DNA of 63,608 bases, filler included, from Pelomyxa schiedti (GCA_020536535.1; 8 parts of 8 records of this genome joined end to end with filler, not necessarily neighbours in it), one strand, 5' to 3'. Counted from the first letter of the whole stretch, positions 11,847-24,885 are shown. Notes: generated by a model from the sequence alone, not told the origin. Numbers and translations are program-made.

Positions 11847-14800
11847 TCAGTGTTTCGATGAAGATGATAGAGAGGGGCTCCGGTTGTGTGTTGGTTGTTG
11901 ATTCTTATGAGGCTGTTGCTGATGTGGTGGTGGTTCGGGAGTGAGAGAAGGTGAGGGAACGGGAATGCCGGGAAGGATTTGACCAGAGGGAGAGAGGTGG
12001 TGGAGCTGGTTGGAGCTCCAGTATTCGTTGTTGGACTTGATGCACTGAATCATGAGGGGAGTGGGGCACGCGGCGCTGAACGTGGTCAGAAGCGGCTCCG
12101 CGATGATGTTGATGAAGTTGGTTTGCAGCTTGGACAGCTTCGTGACTCCCTCTGTGCCAAGATGTTAANNNNNNNNNNNNNNNNNNNNNNNNNNNNNNNN
12201 NNNNNNNNNNNNNNNNNNNNNNNNNNNNNNNNNNNNNNNNNNNNNNNNNNNNNNNNNNNNNNNNNNNNAATCATGAGGGGAGTGGGGCACGCGGCGCTGA
12301 ACGTGGTCAGAAGCGGCTCCGCGATGATGTTGATGAAGTTGGTTTGCAGCTTGGACAGCTTCGTGACTCCCTCTGTGCCAAGATGTTAACACACACATCA
12401 AAAAAAAAAGGGGCGGGGTAGGGAGAAGTTCAACCGGAACGGTCTGTGAAGGGGCTCACTGGGACACCCAATGCCTTTTCTTGGTCACCTTGGTTGTAAA
12501 ACTCTTGTGTGAGTTGTGACACCCAATACATCATTGGTTTGTGCGGTCGCATCACCTAAACAATTAATAGGTTATTTCCTGGCAATGTGGTGTGTGGATC
12601 GGCTTACATTTGAAATGTCGGCTGTTTTGATTGCAACACACAGGAGTTGTGTTCTGTGTTCTTTGTTTTGCATCATGTCCCGTTTTGGATCTTCCAAAAT
12701 TGTCTGTGGGAAAATGGTAAGAAGTGCGGAAGGAAGGGTAGCACCTATCCACCTTAAATTTTGAGATAATCTCAAAGTGTTGTGCCATATCCGTGGACAG
12801 AACCAAGTTAATCACCAAAGAACGCACTGTGCGGAGTTCAGTTACATGATGGGAGATGGAAGGGTTGGGTGTCTCACAGTATTTCTTGTCATTTGGTGAC
12901 AAATTCCACTCCGTAGTTGCTCGTGTTGACATGATCTTCAATCCCAAGCTTGAATGAAAGTTCTCGAGAACACTCCGATCTGCAGTTGTGTCAATTTAAA
13001 AAAAAAAACAGATGGGACTGTGGGAACCATTGTATCGGAGAGCGAGATCGTTTTCAGTGGCAATCAGAAACGCCTGGTGCAATTATAAGAGAAAAATTAC
13101 AGCAACACGGACGCACATTATTTACACCAGGGTGGCCAACATCGTGAATGATCCCAGAAACAATGAGCCCGAACATGTCCAAATAATTCGTGGGTCCAAT
13201 AATATCTGCCAGCCCATGGACCAAGAAGTAATACAGGCATTGAACAACATCCGCTGCATGTATTTTGTTGTGATACGAATTTTCCTGTCGGATTTGATGT
13301 TAACTGACAAGCACAATAAAGATTGAGTGACAACCTTATACAGCTGTTCGATTTCACGAACAAAGCAACGGAATGACTCGACCGGAATGGCAAGAGCTTG
13401 AAGCAACTCCAGTGAGGATACAACCTGCACGGGGATTGTAAGAAGAAGAAATGAGGGAGGATGTGCAACTTGCATGGCCACACGCTCGAGAATGCCCTCG
13501 GGTTGGATTTCAAAGATCTGGGGGGGATTGTTCAGAAGGTTTTTAAGGGGAAGAAGGGAAAATTACACAAAAATCCAGAGATTTCAGCTCAAAAGTGTCA
13601 CTGCTGTCTGACACAACAGAAACCAGTGGTGCATTCGAACGAGCATCGGAAGTCAAATTCATAATCTTGCTTGGTGCAATTTCTTCATTGAGCCTTTTGA
13701 AGAGAGTCAGATAACATCGTTTTCTGTTGTTGTGGGAAAGCACAACACACACCATTTCTGGATATCGGTGTCCAACAAACTAGTTTGCTTACCCAAATCA
13801 GGCATAAAGAGGCCACCAGTCTGCGTGAGATTCGAGATGATTTCGTCAAGGATTTTGGTTGTTCTTTTCGATGAATGCTTTTTGAGGAAATGCAGTTTGT
13901 CAAGCACCTGTTTTGAACCAAAATGAGACCCTCTCACACCAAAAGCTGATTGGATGTCAAAACCTTGGTGATTCCAGCATCCAAGTCAATTTTTGGTTCC
14001 GGTGACACAGAGTTTCCTTTCTTGCTCAAAGAAATGGCAGAAACCACTCTTCACGCGCAGTTAAGGAACAGAGGGATTGCTTTTGAAACAGGAACAGTGA
14101 ACACACCCAACAACGAGAAGAACCACAACCAATGCACATGTGATGATGATGGAGAACCTCGTGCTAACACGGGATGATTCAATATATTTCCTGTTTACGA
14201 ATAAGAGAGAAGAAAGAATAAATATACGGAGCTTACGTTGATGACAGAGAAATAACAACCAACCATTGCGCACTGGGATGAGGGTGGTAATGGAACACTG
14301 AATTTCGTGTCAAAACAAGAGAAATGAAAAGAAGATGCATCGCAGATTACCTTCTCTGTGGAATGGTTGGTGAGATTATTCTTGGGAAATGTTGGGGAGA
14401 GAGAGAGATAGATATAGATCATACAAGAAATAACTGTCCGTCTCGTCGGAATACTGCATTTTGCACGTTTCATTTTCTGAAATGCTTCCGATTTTGTCTT
14501 GAAGGAGCCCCCATGTGTGAACCACTTTGGTGCTCGATGAGTTTTCTGGAGTGACCGTTCTGGCATTTGTCAAATGTAAAGGGGAGGTGGAAACCGTCAC
14601 ACACCCAAATTCAGTTGAATTAACAGTCAAAGAACCAAGAACAGCCAGGAGTTTACCATGAGAATCCACAATGTATGAAAAGCTGTTTGTTCCCATATTA
14701 ATTCCAGAAAGCAGGGAGGTTAACTTTGTGAAGTCAGGCGATAAAACGAACAAAAAAGGTTGGCCCACACACCGTTGGGACCTCCATTCCTGTGGTAATC

Positions 14801-15548
14801 CACGCAACTGGGGTTTCACCACTGTAAAGGACCTGTTGATGGTAAGAGCAAACAAGAAAGCAGTTCCGAACTGACTTTTTGCACATTGATAACAAACAAT
14901 TCAAGACCCCTATCATTTGTTTTTGGTCAGTAAAACACGAGGAAAAAAGGAAGTGATGTACAAAAATTGAATGCGAGAGGGGTCGAAATATGCAACTTCT
15001 CTTGCTGGAACCGGCATAAAAAATGAAGCACAATCTATCATTCCGTCAAGGCAACCCATTGGAATAAAACCAGGGCTTCTATAAGAAACTTGCCCCATAC
15101 ACGTCTGGCCCATTGATTTGTTTCCCTCTTTGATTGATACAAAGAGGGGATCTGTGAGATTTGCGTTTGCTACTTTGTACACTGAAGCAAGTACCTATTT
15201 TTGATTTTTTTGTTTTTGTTTTCTTAGGTAAGTTCTTTTTACATCTCTGAGCACACATACAAGATCCAGAGATGAGAGGGGACAGGAACCAGAACACTCA
15301 AAGGTATATGGGTCAGTTGGGGCCATTATCATTGCGAATTGAGTTTTTTCCTGTCGGAAATCATTAACGTTGATTTCATCAATAACATAGGCATTAACAA
15401 CATTTAATACAGAAGCGCATATAGTGGTCCACAATTCTGTCGCGCTATCATCTCCAAAGAAGTTTGGATTAAACGTCAGGGCCAAATCAAAGAAGTCGAG
15501 TTGTCTGAACAGAACCTATTCCTTAACTTTAGCTCTCGAGGGGAGTAC
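11847..15548 (-). CDS. class I 3',5'-cyclic nucleotide phosphodiesterase with N-terminal extracellular Cache-like region and one transmembrane helix; 5' partial
   Basis: Catalytic motifs ENSYHNKIHAADVVQ, IHDVGHPGVNN, VLSTDMAQHF, IKTADISN and EFYNQGDQEK. Upstream TM segment FSIIITCALVVVLLVVG, preceded by FSYIVDSHGKLLA and WLVVISLS. Confidence 0.85.
12169..12268. other. 100-N scaffold gap with duplicated flanks
   Basis: About 120 bp on each side are identical (same PDE exon), indicating an assembly overlap. Confidence 0.95.
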
Positions 15549-15648
15549 NNNNNNNNNNNNNNNNNNNNNNNNNNNNNNNNNNNNNNNNNNNNTTAATTAA
15601 TTAANNNNNNNNNNNNNNNNNNNNNNNNNNNNNNNNNNNNNNNNNNNN
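15549..15648. other. artificial contig spacer N44-TTAATTAATTAA-N44
   Basis: Six-frame stop linker embedded in Ns. Confidence 0.98.
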
Positions 15649-17617
15649 ATGGGGCAGAGGGGCTGGAACAGGGACCACCTGGGGACCACTGTGTGTCCAC
15701 ATTGGGAGCTCCCACATCGAGCCCATTGTGATTTTACCTCCACCTTCTCCACTTGGGTAGTGTTTTTTCCCATTTTGAGACCACCCTTTGGGAACAGCTT
15801 GGAACCCACTCTGGGTGTGATTCGAAATCACAGTGTCGTTAGCTCAGAAAGTTAAATCATTTTGTTTTTGTTCAGCCTCGAGGCACCGGGTGGTTCGAGG
15901 GCGGTTAATGGCATCGGTGGGGTGGTTGGTCGGTGTTGTTGGGCACAGCGTCCACTGAACGGCAGTTTTGCATTTTGTGGAAAAAATAACACGGGTTGTG
16001 GCCCACACTGTGATCCGCCACTTTCAAACAGTGACTCCCCACACAAACAGTCGTTTTGGCATTTTACCCCAAGTCCCGGGCGGCATTCCGGGCGCGGGGA
16101 AGCTGCTGCGGCGTGGGTGGGGGGGGTGGCTCGGGCCGTCTGGACACAGCGCAGGGCGGCGTTGCTAATTCCACTTTTATACGGCTATTTAAATGACTTG
16201 TCAATACTTCTTCCTTGTGACTTACAAACACACAGAACCTGCCGAATAGTTCTTTCGTTTATGCTTTGAGTAACAGGCTGGGCTGCAAGGAAAGTGAACA
16301 ACTCGACTTAAGCCAGTCTCATGATTTGACAGATCACTGAATGCGCAAGCAAAGCAGCAGGTAGCATACAGCAGTACCCAGTGTCGGTTACCGGAATCCA
16401 AATCATCAAATCTTTCCATCAGCTCTATATCCTGCTCCTCTTTGTGTGTCATCACTGTGTGGTTTCAAATAAATGTATAAATACATTTCCAAGATGTACA
16501 AGTCCCTCCAAACCACTGTTTCAACCGGCTGTAAGTGGACCATTCAACCGGACTCTAATTACCTGTTTTGGTTCATTTGAAAGCAGGTGGATGGGCCTCA
16601 CGTTGGATGTCACTGGATCCTATGTTTGCTTCTTCTCTGCTCTGTTGGGCTCAAACAAAAGAGGCCATTCATGTTGTATACAGATCACCACCCGCAGCCA
16701 GGGCACAAATACAACAACAGTGTCTAGACATCTTTGATGGGTTTGGGCTTAGCGGTGGCCCGCATTGTGGGATGGCACTGCGTCGATCGGCTGAGCCTTG
16801 TGCTTTTTTGCATGACTGAGAACTCCTTTGTGGCACAACAGATTATTTCACCCTCAGTCTCGGCTGAGGTTAGCAGATCGGAGATCTAGAAACCCGTAAA
16901 TGGTGTCAAACAATAAAACAAGTTAGAAAACAACATATTAAACAAAAGATCTGCGGCACCACCACACATGCGCCGTAACTTCGACAAAACGCCAAACAAT
17001 ACTACGTGCTGTTTGGTACCCACACAATGTATGTGTTCGCGAGTAGGTGTTTCTTTTTCTACTGTTTTACTTTCTGCACGTCACTTCGGTAACATACCCC
17101 AATCACGCCACAAACAAAGTAAACACACCATCTCCGGTGTTTTTATAAATAACATAGTATTTCGAAGAGAAAGTGTAAACACTATGCCAAATTGTGTGCC
17201 ACTCAATCACGTCATGGCGGCGGCCTTTATATTACTACATTTCTTGGGCTGGCTTGAACTTGTTGGGGAGGAGATTTTTGAGACTACTTCGAGATGCATG
17301 CATGCATGTGCAGATTACTACAGCTGCTGAGAGGGAGGACCCCGATTTTATTATTCCCCACACAAGGTAAAACTTTCTTGCGTGATTGATAATATATAAT
17401 CTCACTTGAACTCAGGGGCACTGGCACTCTTCTTGATGATTTGATGATTTTGATTGGCTCAAAAGGTCACAAAGGGGGTTTTTTTCGCAGAAATCATTAT
17501 TTTGAATGTGTTTTTGTTTTTTTTTTATTTTTCTTTTTTTTTTAATTGTCGCAAATCTTGTTGGTGTTGCGTTGCCGAGAGACGTATAACAGCAAACAAG
17601 TAGATAACATAAGCACA

Positions 17618-20600
17618 ATGCACATGGCCGACGGGGCTGCCAAAGGCGGTGTTGGAAAAGTGAGCCCATCACGGAACGGCGAAAGTGCGGCTGCTACGCG
17701 ATGGCGGAAGCGAAGAGAACATGACGATGAGGAGTTGTTTGTTGTGGACGGTCCCCCAGAGGCGCTGGAGATCCCGCGGACGGCCCGCAGGCTGCTTGGG
17801 GTAACTCTGGCTGAGTTGCCGCCGGACGATATTTTCGCATCATTCGCGGGGTGTGTCTTGTTTTTTTTTCCTTTTCCGCAATAATATGTGGCGTTGAACA
17901 ACAATCTTACTCAAACTCAAGATCCCGCGAGATTTGGGAGGTTGGGCGACTGGGAGAGTCAATGCGAATTTATGTGATTTTTGACGCACATTGTTCGGCT
18001 GCCTGTGTTGAAAACAAAGAATTCCATCGAGGTGGGAAAGCCTACTGGTTCGTCCAGCTGAAGGCCGAGTGGGTATATCACTCAGGATCTGAGCGGCCTC
18101 CATTTTCGCCTCCTGAACTGGAGTCCCCCTTGTGCAGGAGGATTTTCAGGCTACACAAAAGCACACCTGTCCAAGCAGTTACAAACCATTTCCTTGCACA
18201 GGGGATAACACCAGATTGGTACTGACCCACCATCAGCTTATATGATCTTTTAGCTAATATTTATGCTCTGTCTCACTATTCTACCAAAGGACACAACCTT
18301 ACAACAATCACTTTTATATTTGTTTCATGGATGAAAGTGACGCTAAAAGGGCCATAAAAATACCTCTTCCTAGTGGCGATTACATCTTCACCAGTGTCCC
18401 GTCTGCGGAATTCCAGATACCAAACCTCACCATCACAAAATATCAAAACGAAAGGTACCTATTTCAGACACCACGAAAGAAAGCTTGTGTATGCGCACTG
18501 CCTCAAGTGATAGAAGGCGTTCAACCCTCCAGTAAGACACAATTCCAGGCTTTTCACGAGGAAGCTTCCAAGTTAAAGTATTTTCCTTTTCGTTCATAGG
18601 GCTGTTCTAAAATTATAAAAATTTGAAAAGATCCTGGTGCATGCAGTGTCAGGAAATTGTGATCGACGGAAGTACATTCATATCAGAGTTTTCAGTTAGA
18701 AAGGTATTCTTGCCAAATGAAAGGATCTCAAAATATTAACTCTTTCCAAACAGACACAATTCAACAACCTGAAGATCCAATGTGATAAACTGGTCGAGAA
18801 AAGAGACCGTACAAGGGCTGCCCTTTCAATCATGGCAAAATTAGCCCCACTGTGGGAAGAAATGGTAAAAAAACATACTGCAGCAGAACTTGTTCTACTA
18901 CATAAGGTTGCCTACTTTCCACCTAAAAACTCAAAAACCATCCAAGTGAAAGTCTGTGCCATAAATTGCAATCCAAAAAAAATGTAATACTCACTCTTGA
19001 ACTCTCTCCCCAAAAACACCCAACAACAGGAACTGGAACAGAAAGATCGTGAGACAAAGTCCTGGCTTGATCAAAAACGCAAGGAGCTCAGTAACGAGGC
19101 AGTTAAGACGTACACAAGCCTGAAGAGTGCAGAGAAAGCAGTCCATGAATTCCGTGTTCTGGAAGTAACACTGAAAAGAGAGGCAAATGTTAAAGTCAGT
19201 AACCTGAAACGGTGCACACTGCACATGCAGGTTTGTGTTAAACACACTCTTGGTGACTGTATTTTACTTACTGTGTGAACAGGAACTTGAGGATGGAACT
19301 GCCACCACCCCAGAGCATCATCATCCTGAGGCTGCTATGATGGATGGAAACGGGCAAGAAGGGCAAGAGGAGGAGGAGGAACGCTCCAGCAGTGGCCTCC
19401 TCAGCCAACTGAGGCCTGAAATAGAAGCAGTGCTGTCTGCCCTCAACGACGAGATTTCAAGGCTCAGTAAAAGCCTACAATCTGCACAGGATGTGAGTTC
19501 ATCACCCACCACTTTTTATTCCCCACAACTCATTTAAACCCAACAAAACCAGGATCTTGCAGATAAAGAAGCCGAAGTGAACCTCTGGGTGACTCAAGAA
19601 CGGGACAAGATGGACACAGCAGCGAAAGGTCTTGCTTACACAAGCGTGAAGCAGGCGCAGCAAGCTCTCTCCAACTTGGAGAGAGATGCTCCAAGCCTGA
19701 AGAAGATGCTAGAGGACAAGCTTAAAGAAAGGCGCACCCTCCAGCTGAGGGTAAAGGTACATATAAGCTAAAACCTTAAAAAAACTGAACAAAAACCACA
19801 GGACATTGAACTCGGTGATGCCGGCTCTGGAGTTGTAATTGCTGCTGCCGATGAAGGAAATGCGGGAGCTCTACTTGATGCCTCAATAGCAACTCTGGAG
19901 TCTGCCCTCAAAGACGAGATTTCAAGGCTCAGCAAAAGCCTGCAATCCTCACAGGATGTGAGTTCATCCACCCACCGCCTTTCATTCTCTCCCATTGCTA
20001 ACTCTTTTTATTTATTCACAGGAATTTGTACAGTGTGCCACAATCGCGTCAAAGTGGTGTTTGGACACCAGTAAGACTTTTGCCATACCAACTGATGCGA
20101 CTTTTGCGCCCCTCGATTTTGGGGACCTCAACCAACAAGTCCATAAGTTCGTTCAAAGTTGCACTGAAGTTATGACTGCCATGAACTTAAGGGTGAAAGA
20201 AGTTTATGCCCTACAGAACCGCCTTACTGTGTGTAACTTGCCGTGTTTGAACCCACTTCTAATACATTGCAGAACTTCGGAGGAACTCCGGACAGCGCCA
20301 CAATTGCCGCGTTTTCAAGTGCTAAGGCGCTACTGGTGCAAGCCATTCGCCGAAGTTGTGAGGCCCACAAAGCCATAGTGGAGAAGATACCGGTACCATC
20401 ACCACCACCACCACCGGCACCACCAGCACCAGCCGCAGCACCAGGCACAATTGTCCTGGTTCCACTGCCGGCACCACCCCGCACCGCCACACTCCCAACT
20501 ATGCCTGGCACCACGGCGGCGACAAGAACCAGAACCGCGGCCGTGGCACATGCTCCGCCCCACCATACGGCAATGCCACCACCCCACTCATCACACTCCA

Positions 20601-20650
20601 CCCATCATCATCATGCTCGTTCGGCAACACCCACTGGGGATTCGACATGA
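17618..20650 (+). CDS. hypothetical multi-exon protein: possible two divergent RRM-like domains, coiled-coil region, Pro/His-rich tail
   Basis: ATG at 17618/17624 with successive GT-AG-joined exons. RRM-like beta/alpha patterns RIYVIFDAHCSAA and YICFMDESDAKRAIK. Coiled-coil exons at 19000-19950; stop 20650. The RRM call is weak. Confidence 0.55.
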
Positions 20651-21025
20651 ACTGTGCATCATGTTAACCACCCAAGTCGCAATCAAGCAATAAACCAACC
20701 AACCACACTCACCCACAAAACAACAACAAGGAGTACTTGTTGTTAGTTGCCCCCAAAATGTGCATAGTCTTACAAACAAATTGGCAATTTTGGTGTTCTT
20801 GCCATTAATGGGTTAACCTTTTAGCTCAGATCCTAAATCACCGGGGAAGCCGATTGAACTCCGTACTAACCGCGGTGAACCGCGAGGAATCGCGATGGAT
20901 CGGTGTCGGTTAGATGGATCCTTGTCTCTTGTAGGCAGGCTGTGCACTGCACAGCTACAAGCTAGGTGGTGCGGGGAGATAAAAGGAAAGTTACTAGCCA
21001 TCAAGGAAACAAACACTAAAAGGAC

Positions 21026-21223
21026 ATGGGGGACGAGGAGTGTGGGTATACTGACGCGGAAGAGGGTCTGGCATCTGTCACGGATGAAGATGTGGAGGAT
21101 GTTGGCAGTGATCAAAAATTAATACTTGTGGCACCATGGGAAGACATGACGATGTACCAACAGGAGCCCACTTTCCCTGATACAACCGCAACAAGTGAGG
21201 GGAATGGTGGACTCAAAGCTGAG
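21026..21223 (+). CDS. hypothetical acidic protein, 5' part truncated by contig end
   Basis: ATG at 21026, reading MGDEECGYTDAEEG..., open to the gap. Confidence 0.35.
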
Positions 21224-21323
21224 NNNNNNNNNNNNNNNNNNNNNNNNNNNNNNNNNNNNNNNNNNNNTTAATTAATTAANNNNNNNNNNNNNNNNNNNNN
21301 NNNNNNNNNNNNNNNNNNNNNNN
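21224..21323. other. artificial contig spacer
   Basis: N44-TTAATTAATTAA-N44. Confidence 0.98.
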
Positions 21324-21533
21324 AACATCAAAGGAAAGTGCACGGTACCGGAATGCAAGAAGCGATCCGTGCTGATTGTTGGTGACTGCAAGTACTGCTC
21401 TGGGCACTTTTGTAACGATCACAGACTACCGGAAGACCACTCATGCAGCGGACTGGACACTTGCAAAGCCGTACACTTTAACAACAACAAAACCAAACTC
21501 CTGAGTGAGAAATGCGTTGCCAGCAAGGTGTAA
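21324..21533 (+). CDS. AN1-type zinc finger protein, 3' part
   Basis: KCTVPECKKRSVLIVGDCKYCSGHFCNDHRLPEDHSC...KCVASKV, stop 21531-21533. Canonical AN1 Cys/His spacing. Confidence 0.9.
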   Translation, partial: NIKGKCTVPECKKRSVLIVGDCKYCSGHFCNDHRLPEDHSCSGLDTCKAVHFNNNKTKLLSEKCVASKV

Positions 21534-21786
21534 ATCCCCTATCCTGCCTGCACCAGTTCCCTGTTTATCACCTATGCCTAGTCCCTACTCACCATCCAGT
21601 CATTTTCTTCGTGGGGTGTTGTTTGCTACAGCACCCCTTTCCCCAGTTTTGAAACCCAACATTTGAACAAAGGAACAATACAATATTGTAGATACTTTAT
21701 CTTCCATTATTCTCAAGAGAAACAGAATTGGGGTGAAGTGAATAGTATAGTCTACTGGTGTGCCAAATGCAAACAACATATGTACA

Positions 21787-22717
21787 TTACATTGTCTGTA
21801 GCTGGGATCTTCTTCGCGCTGTTTTCATCATCTTCTTTATTTTGGTGCGGTCCTTAATTACATCAAACTTCTGTAGCTTTTTTGCAGTCTCGGCCTTGGC
21901 TTTCCTTCTCTGCTCGGCTGCCCGTTTCTCTTTCTGTGATAGTGTTAATTTTCTGGTGGGGTTGTCAGTGAGTAGATATTGTTGGTACCTCTTTCTTCTT
22001 CTTCGCTTCTTCCTTGAGGGAATTTTCCATAGCGCGGAGTTTCTGCATCCTGTCTCTCTCTTCCGTGCGTTGTGCCCAGGTTTTTTTCACCTCATTCACC
22101 GCAACCATGGTCCTGAACCTATTCCCCACATCAGTTAGCATTACTCCCACGCGCCAACACCCAATTCATCTACAATTGCTTTCACTCTTCATAGTACCAT
22201 CCCAATTGTATATGTTTAGTAAATGTGTGTGTTAGAGTGCGCTTAGAGTGCGTCAGTAGGATAATGAAGTATGTGCAAATGTATAGCAATTGGCAGCAAC
22301 ATACACAGGCACCACCGCCACTACTACTACTGGTACTACTACTGGTACTACACACGGTTTTCTGCCCTGAGCCTTCCACGGCCGCCCTGACACGCACAGC
22401 CCCTGCGCCACGGCCCCCTTCTTCTTGAGCTTCCTCTTGGGCGCCCTACGGTCCCCCCCAGCCGTTGTAGTAGTAGTAGCAGTATTACTAGTCGTCGTGG
22501 CCTCGTCCTCTTCGCCTTCGTCCTTAACCGAAGCGTCGTCGTGTGTGATCTGGGGGTCCTCTTGCTTCATGGCGGGTTGTTGTTGTTGTTGTTGTTGTTG
22601 GGGGGATGATGACGCTGGCCTGGAAGCGGTCGCAGTGGCTGTGGCTATGATGGACGCCACCGCCTCGGTCACTGCTGCTGCCGCATCGCGGCGTGCCTGC
22701 TGCCCACTGTCCGTCAT
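21787..22717 (-). CDS. CGR1/CCDC86-family rRNA-processing coiled-coil protein
   Basis: CVSGRPWK motif, KKTWAQRTEERDRMQKLRAMENSLKEE, and basic C-terminus FDVIKDRTKIKKMMK. Confidence 0.75.
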
Positions 22718-23331
22718 CGTCGTTTAATTAATCAGATCTGCAACTGTGCCCTTCCGATAACAATTTGTCGTACATTTCACTCTCAAACTGGGGGGAGAAC
22801 AATGACTTTGCTGTGCAGCAGTGCACGACACAGATGGAGGTGGTGCCAGCGGTGCTAATGGTAAGGTCACTTTCAGGGTGATGAAAAAAAAAACAGCAAC
22901 AAGCCAAAAACAGCCATCAAGGGATGAGGGGTTGGTACCCCCAGGCATAAGCAAGAAAACAGGGGTAAACAGTAATTAAGTGGACTTGGGGATTTGCGTC
23001 AGCGAGGGAAGCAGAGTTGCTAGTGAGTCCGTGATCGTTCCCTTACAGAGAGGACCTGACCCTGACCAACTACCTAGGACCCACGAAGATAGGTCATCTG
23101 GACCCGCACTGACACCATCTTGCATCCAAGACGCAAGGACAGCTGGACTGTGGGCAGTGACGTGCCGGTCCTGTTCCCTTGTTGTGTCAGGAGTAAGAGC
23201 CACACAAGAGCGTTGTTGCCGAATCGACGACACAGCCCGAGAAAAACAATAAGTGAGGGGTCCGGTTTTTCTTTATTGTTCAAACCCCTGTTGGGTTTGC
23301 TGTTTGTGGGTGCTGGGATGATTTCTTATTA

Positions 23332-24681
23332 TTATGAGGAGTGGGTGTCACCAAGATACAAACTGTTCCACTGGGGGTACACAACAGTCAGAATAAGGAA
23401 CTCCGAGAGTGCGTCATAAACAACAACCTGGTTCTGGTTGGCAACCTGTATCACGCAGCACGATTCCAACTGTGTTTGTGGCGCCAAAGTGTCAGCAGCA
23501 GCGCCAGCACCAGCACCATTCGGGGGCTTCTCCTCACCCCCATTCACCTCACGGGGAAGTGACACTTCCTTGAGTGGAGTGTGTTCCGGGTTCTCACAAT
23601 CCCACACCGAATAATCACTTGAATCTGTGTGGCTGATGGTGAACTTGGAACCAGACAACCATGACATTCCAAGCCTTTCGTCTCTTGAGCTGCACGCAAG
23701 CATCCGAGCCGCACCACTGACTTCTTCCACTTGACGTATTTGCCAAGTCTCTCCATCTCCATCCCTTTCACGCAACAAAACAATGAATGAAGAAGAACAC
23801 CCAGTTTGCTCCAGATGGTGATGGCTGCTCCTGCACTTGATGTGAATGACACTTTCCACATGCTCTTCCACATCAATGTTGCTGCGTGTGATGCTGATCA
23901 CAGATAGGCTCTTTGACGAGTGTGTCAGCCTTGCATCAATTCGCACCAAGAGTATGGAGCACCTGGCCTCCCAAGGCTGCACCACCATGATGATTTCATC
24001 CAGGTTCTGTCTATTCAATGACATAAACTGTAACGTGTGAGTGCGGCCAGCGTATGGCAGTGGAACAGTAACAACAGCAGCAGGGGAAGAGGAAGTACTC
24101 CCATCATTTGGTGATGAAGAAGAAACGCGCGGTGTTGGTTGAATCCAGAGCATGAACTTTTGCCCCGAGTCAGTTGTGCCATACCCACACTCCACAAACC
24201 ACATGGAATTGACGCAGTATGCCATGCGGTAGAAGGAACCCTGCGCCCCGCCGACCTGGTCGAATCCTCCCATAGTTGGGATCCTTATGCTTCCCCCGCG
24301 CAGATCGCACAACATGATCTCTGGCGACTGGTACTGGTGCCACGGCGTCAAGTTGATGTAGCGAGTGTCGTCGACCCACAGAGTCGGCCACAGCCTCATC
24401 TCGACGGGCCCCACGACGCCCAGCAGCGTCGGGGAGATCCCGAACGCGAGCGTGCCGAACCCCTCCTTTCGGCGCACCGTGTGCTCGTCTTCGTTGTTGT
24501 TGCAGAGGGCGCCGCACACCTTGGCCGACACGCGCACCTGCGTCGCCGCGACGTGCGACCACACCAGCACCGCGACGGCAGAGTGGGCCACCGACGTGGA
24601 CGACGAGCACGCGAGCACGCCCACTTGGGTCCGTGCAGAGAGACTGGCCCGAGCGACGAAGTTGTGGTCTCGATTCATTCG
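23332..24681 (-). CDS. intronless lineage-specific family protein (motif degenerate); start may be truncated
   Basis: 448-codon open frame. Shares family blocks CVNSMWFVE, YSVWDCENPEHTPL and VVVYDALSEFLIL with other members in the window. Confidence 0.7.
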   Translation of the reverse strand, partial: RMNRDHNFVARASLSARTQVGVLACSSSTSVAHSAVAVLVWSHVAATQVRVSAKVCGALCNNNEDEHTVRRKEGFGTLAFGISPTLLGVVGPVEMRLWPTLWVDDTRYINLTPWHQYQSPEIMLCDLRGGSIRIPTMGGFDQVGGAQGSFYRMAYCVNSMWFVECGYGTTDSGQKFMLWIQPTPRVSSSSPNDGSTSSSPAAVVTVPLPYAGRTHTLQFMSLNRQNLDEIIMVVQPWEARCSILLVRIDARLTHSSKSLSVISITRSNIDVEEHVESVIHIKCRSSHHHLEQTGCSSSFIVLLRERDGDGETWQIRQVEEVSGAARMLACSSRDERLGMSWLSGSKFTISHTDSSDYSVWDCENPEHTPLKEVSLPREVNGGEEKPPNGAGAGAAADTLAPQTQLESCCVIQVANQNQVVVYDALSEFLILTVVYPQWNSLYLGDTHSS

Positions 24682-24781
24682 NNNNNNNNNNNNNNNNNNN
24701 NNNNNNNNNNNNNNNNNNNNNNNNNTTAATTAATTAANNNNNNNNNNNNNNNNNNNNNNNNNNNNNNNNNNNNNNNNNNNN
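24682..24781. other. artificial contig spacer
   Basis: N44-TTAATTAATTAA-N44. Confidence 0.98.
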
Positions 24782-24885
24782 GGATGATAACGTGCAGTGA
24801 GGCACTCTCTGGAATCCACATTGTTTCATTCTTTGTGTGTTCCAACAACTTCAAAACAGTTTTGCACCCTTTTTCAATCTCGTGA
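24782..24885 (+). CDS. 3' end of a tandem paralog of the 25196-26392 family gene
   Basis: MITCSEALSGIHIVSFFVCSNNFKTVLHPFSIS stop; nearly identical to 26290-26392. Confidence 0.8.

Noticed and set aside
12050-12388. Apparent exon duplication in the PDE gene
   Set aside because: Identical sequence flanking a 100-N gap is a scaffolding overlap artefact.
15649-17500. Non-genic interval with short ORFs that might be a decayed element
   Set aside because: No recognisable protein motif, terminal repeat or consistent splicing could be found by eye.
22834-23252. Possible small spliced plus-strand gene with superficial EIF1AD-like resemblance
   Set aside because: The resembling part lies upstream of the only ATG and after a stop, and joining the exons needs an unusually short GC intron. 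Unsupported without RNA-seq.
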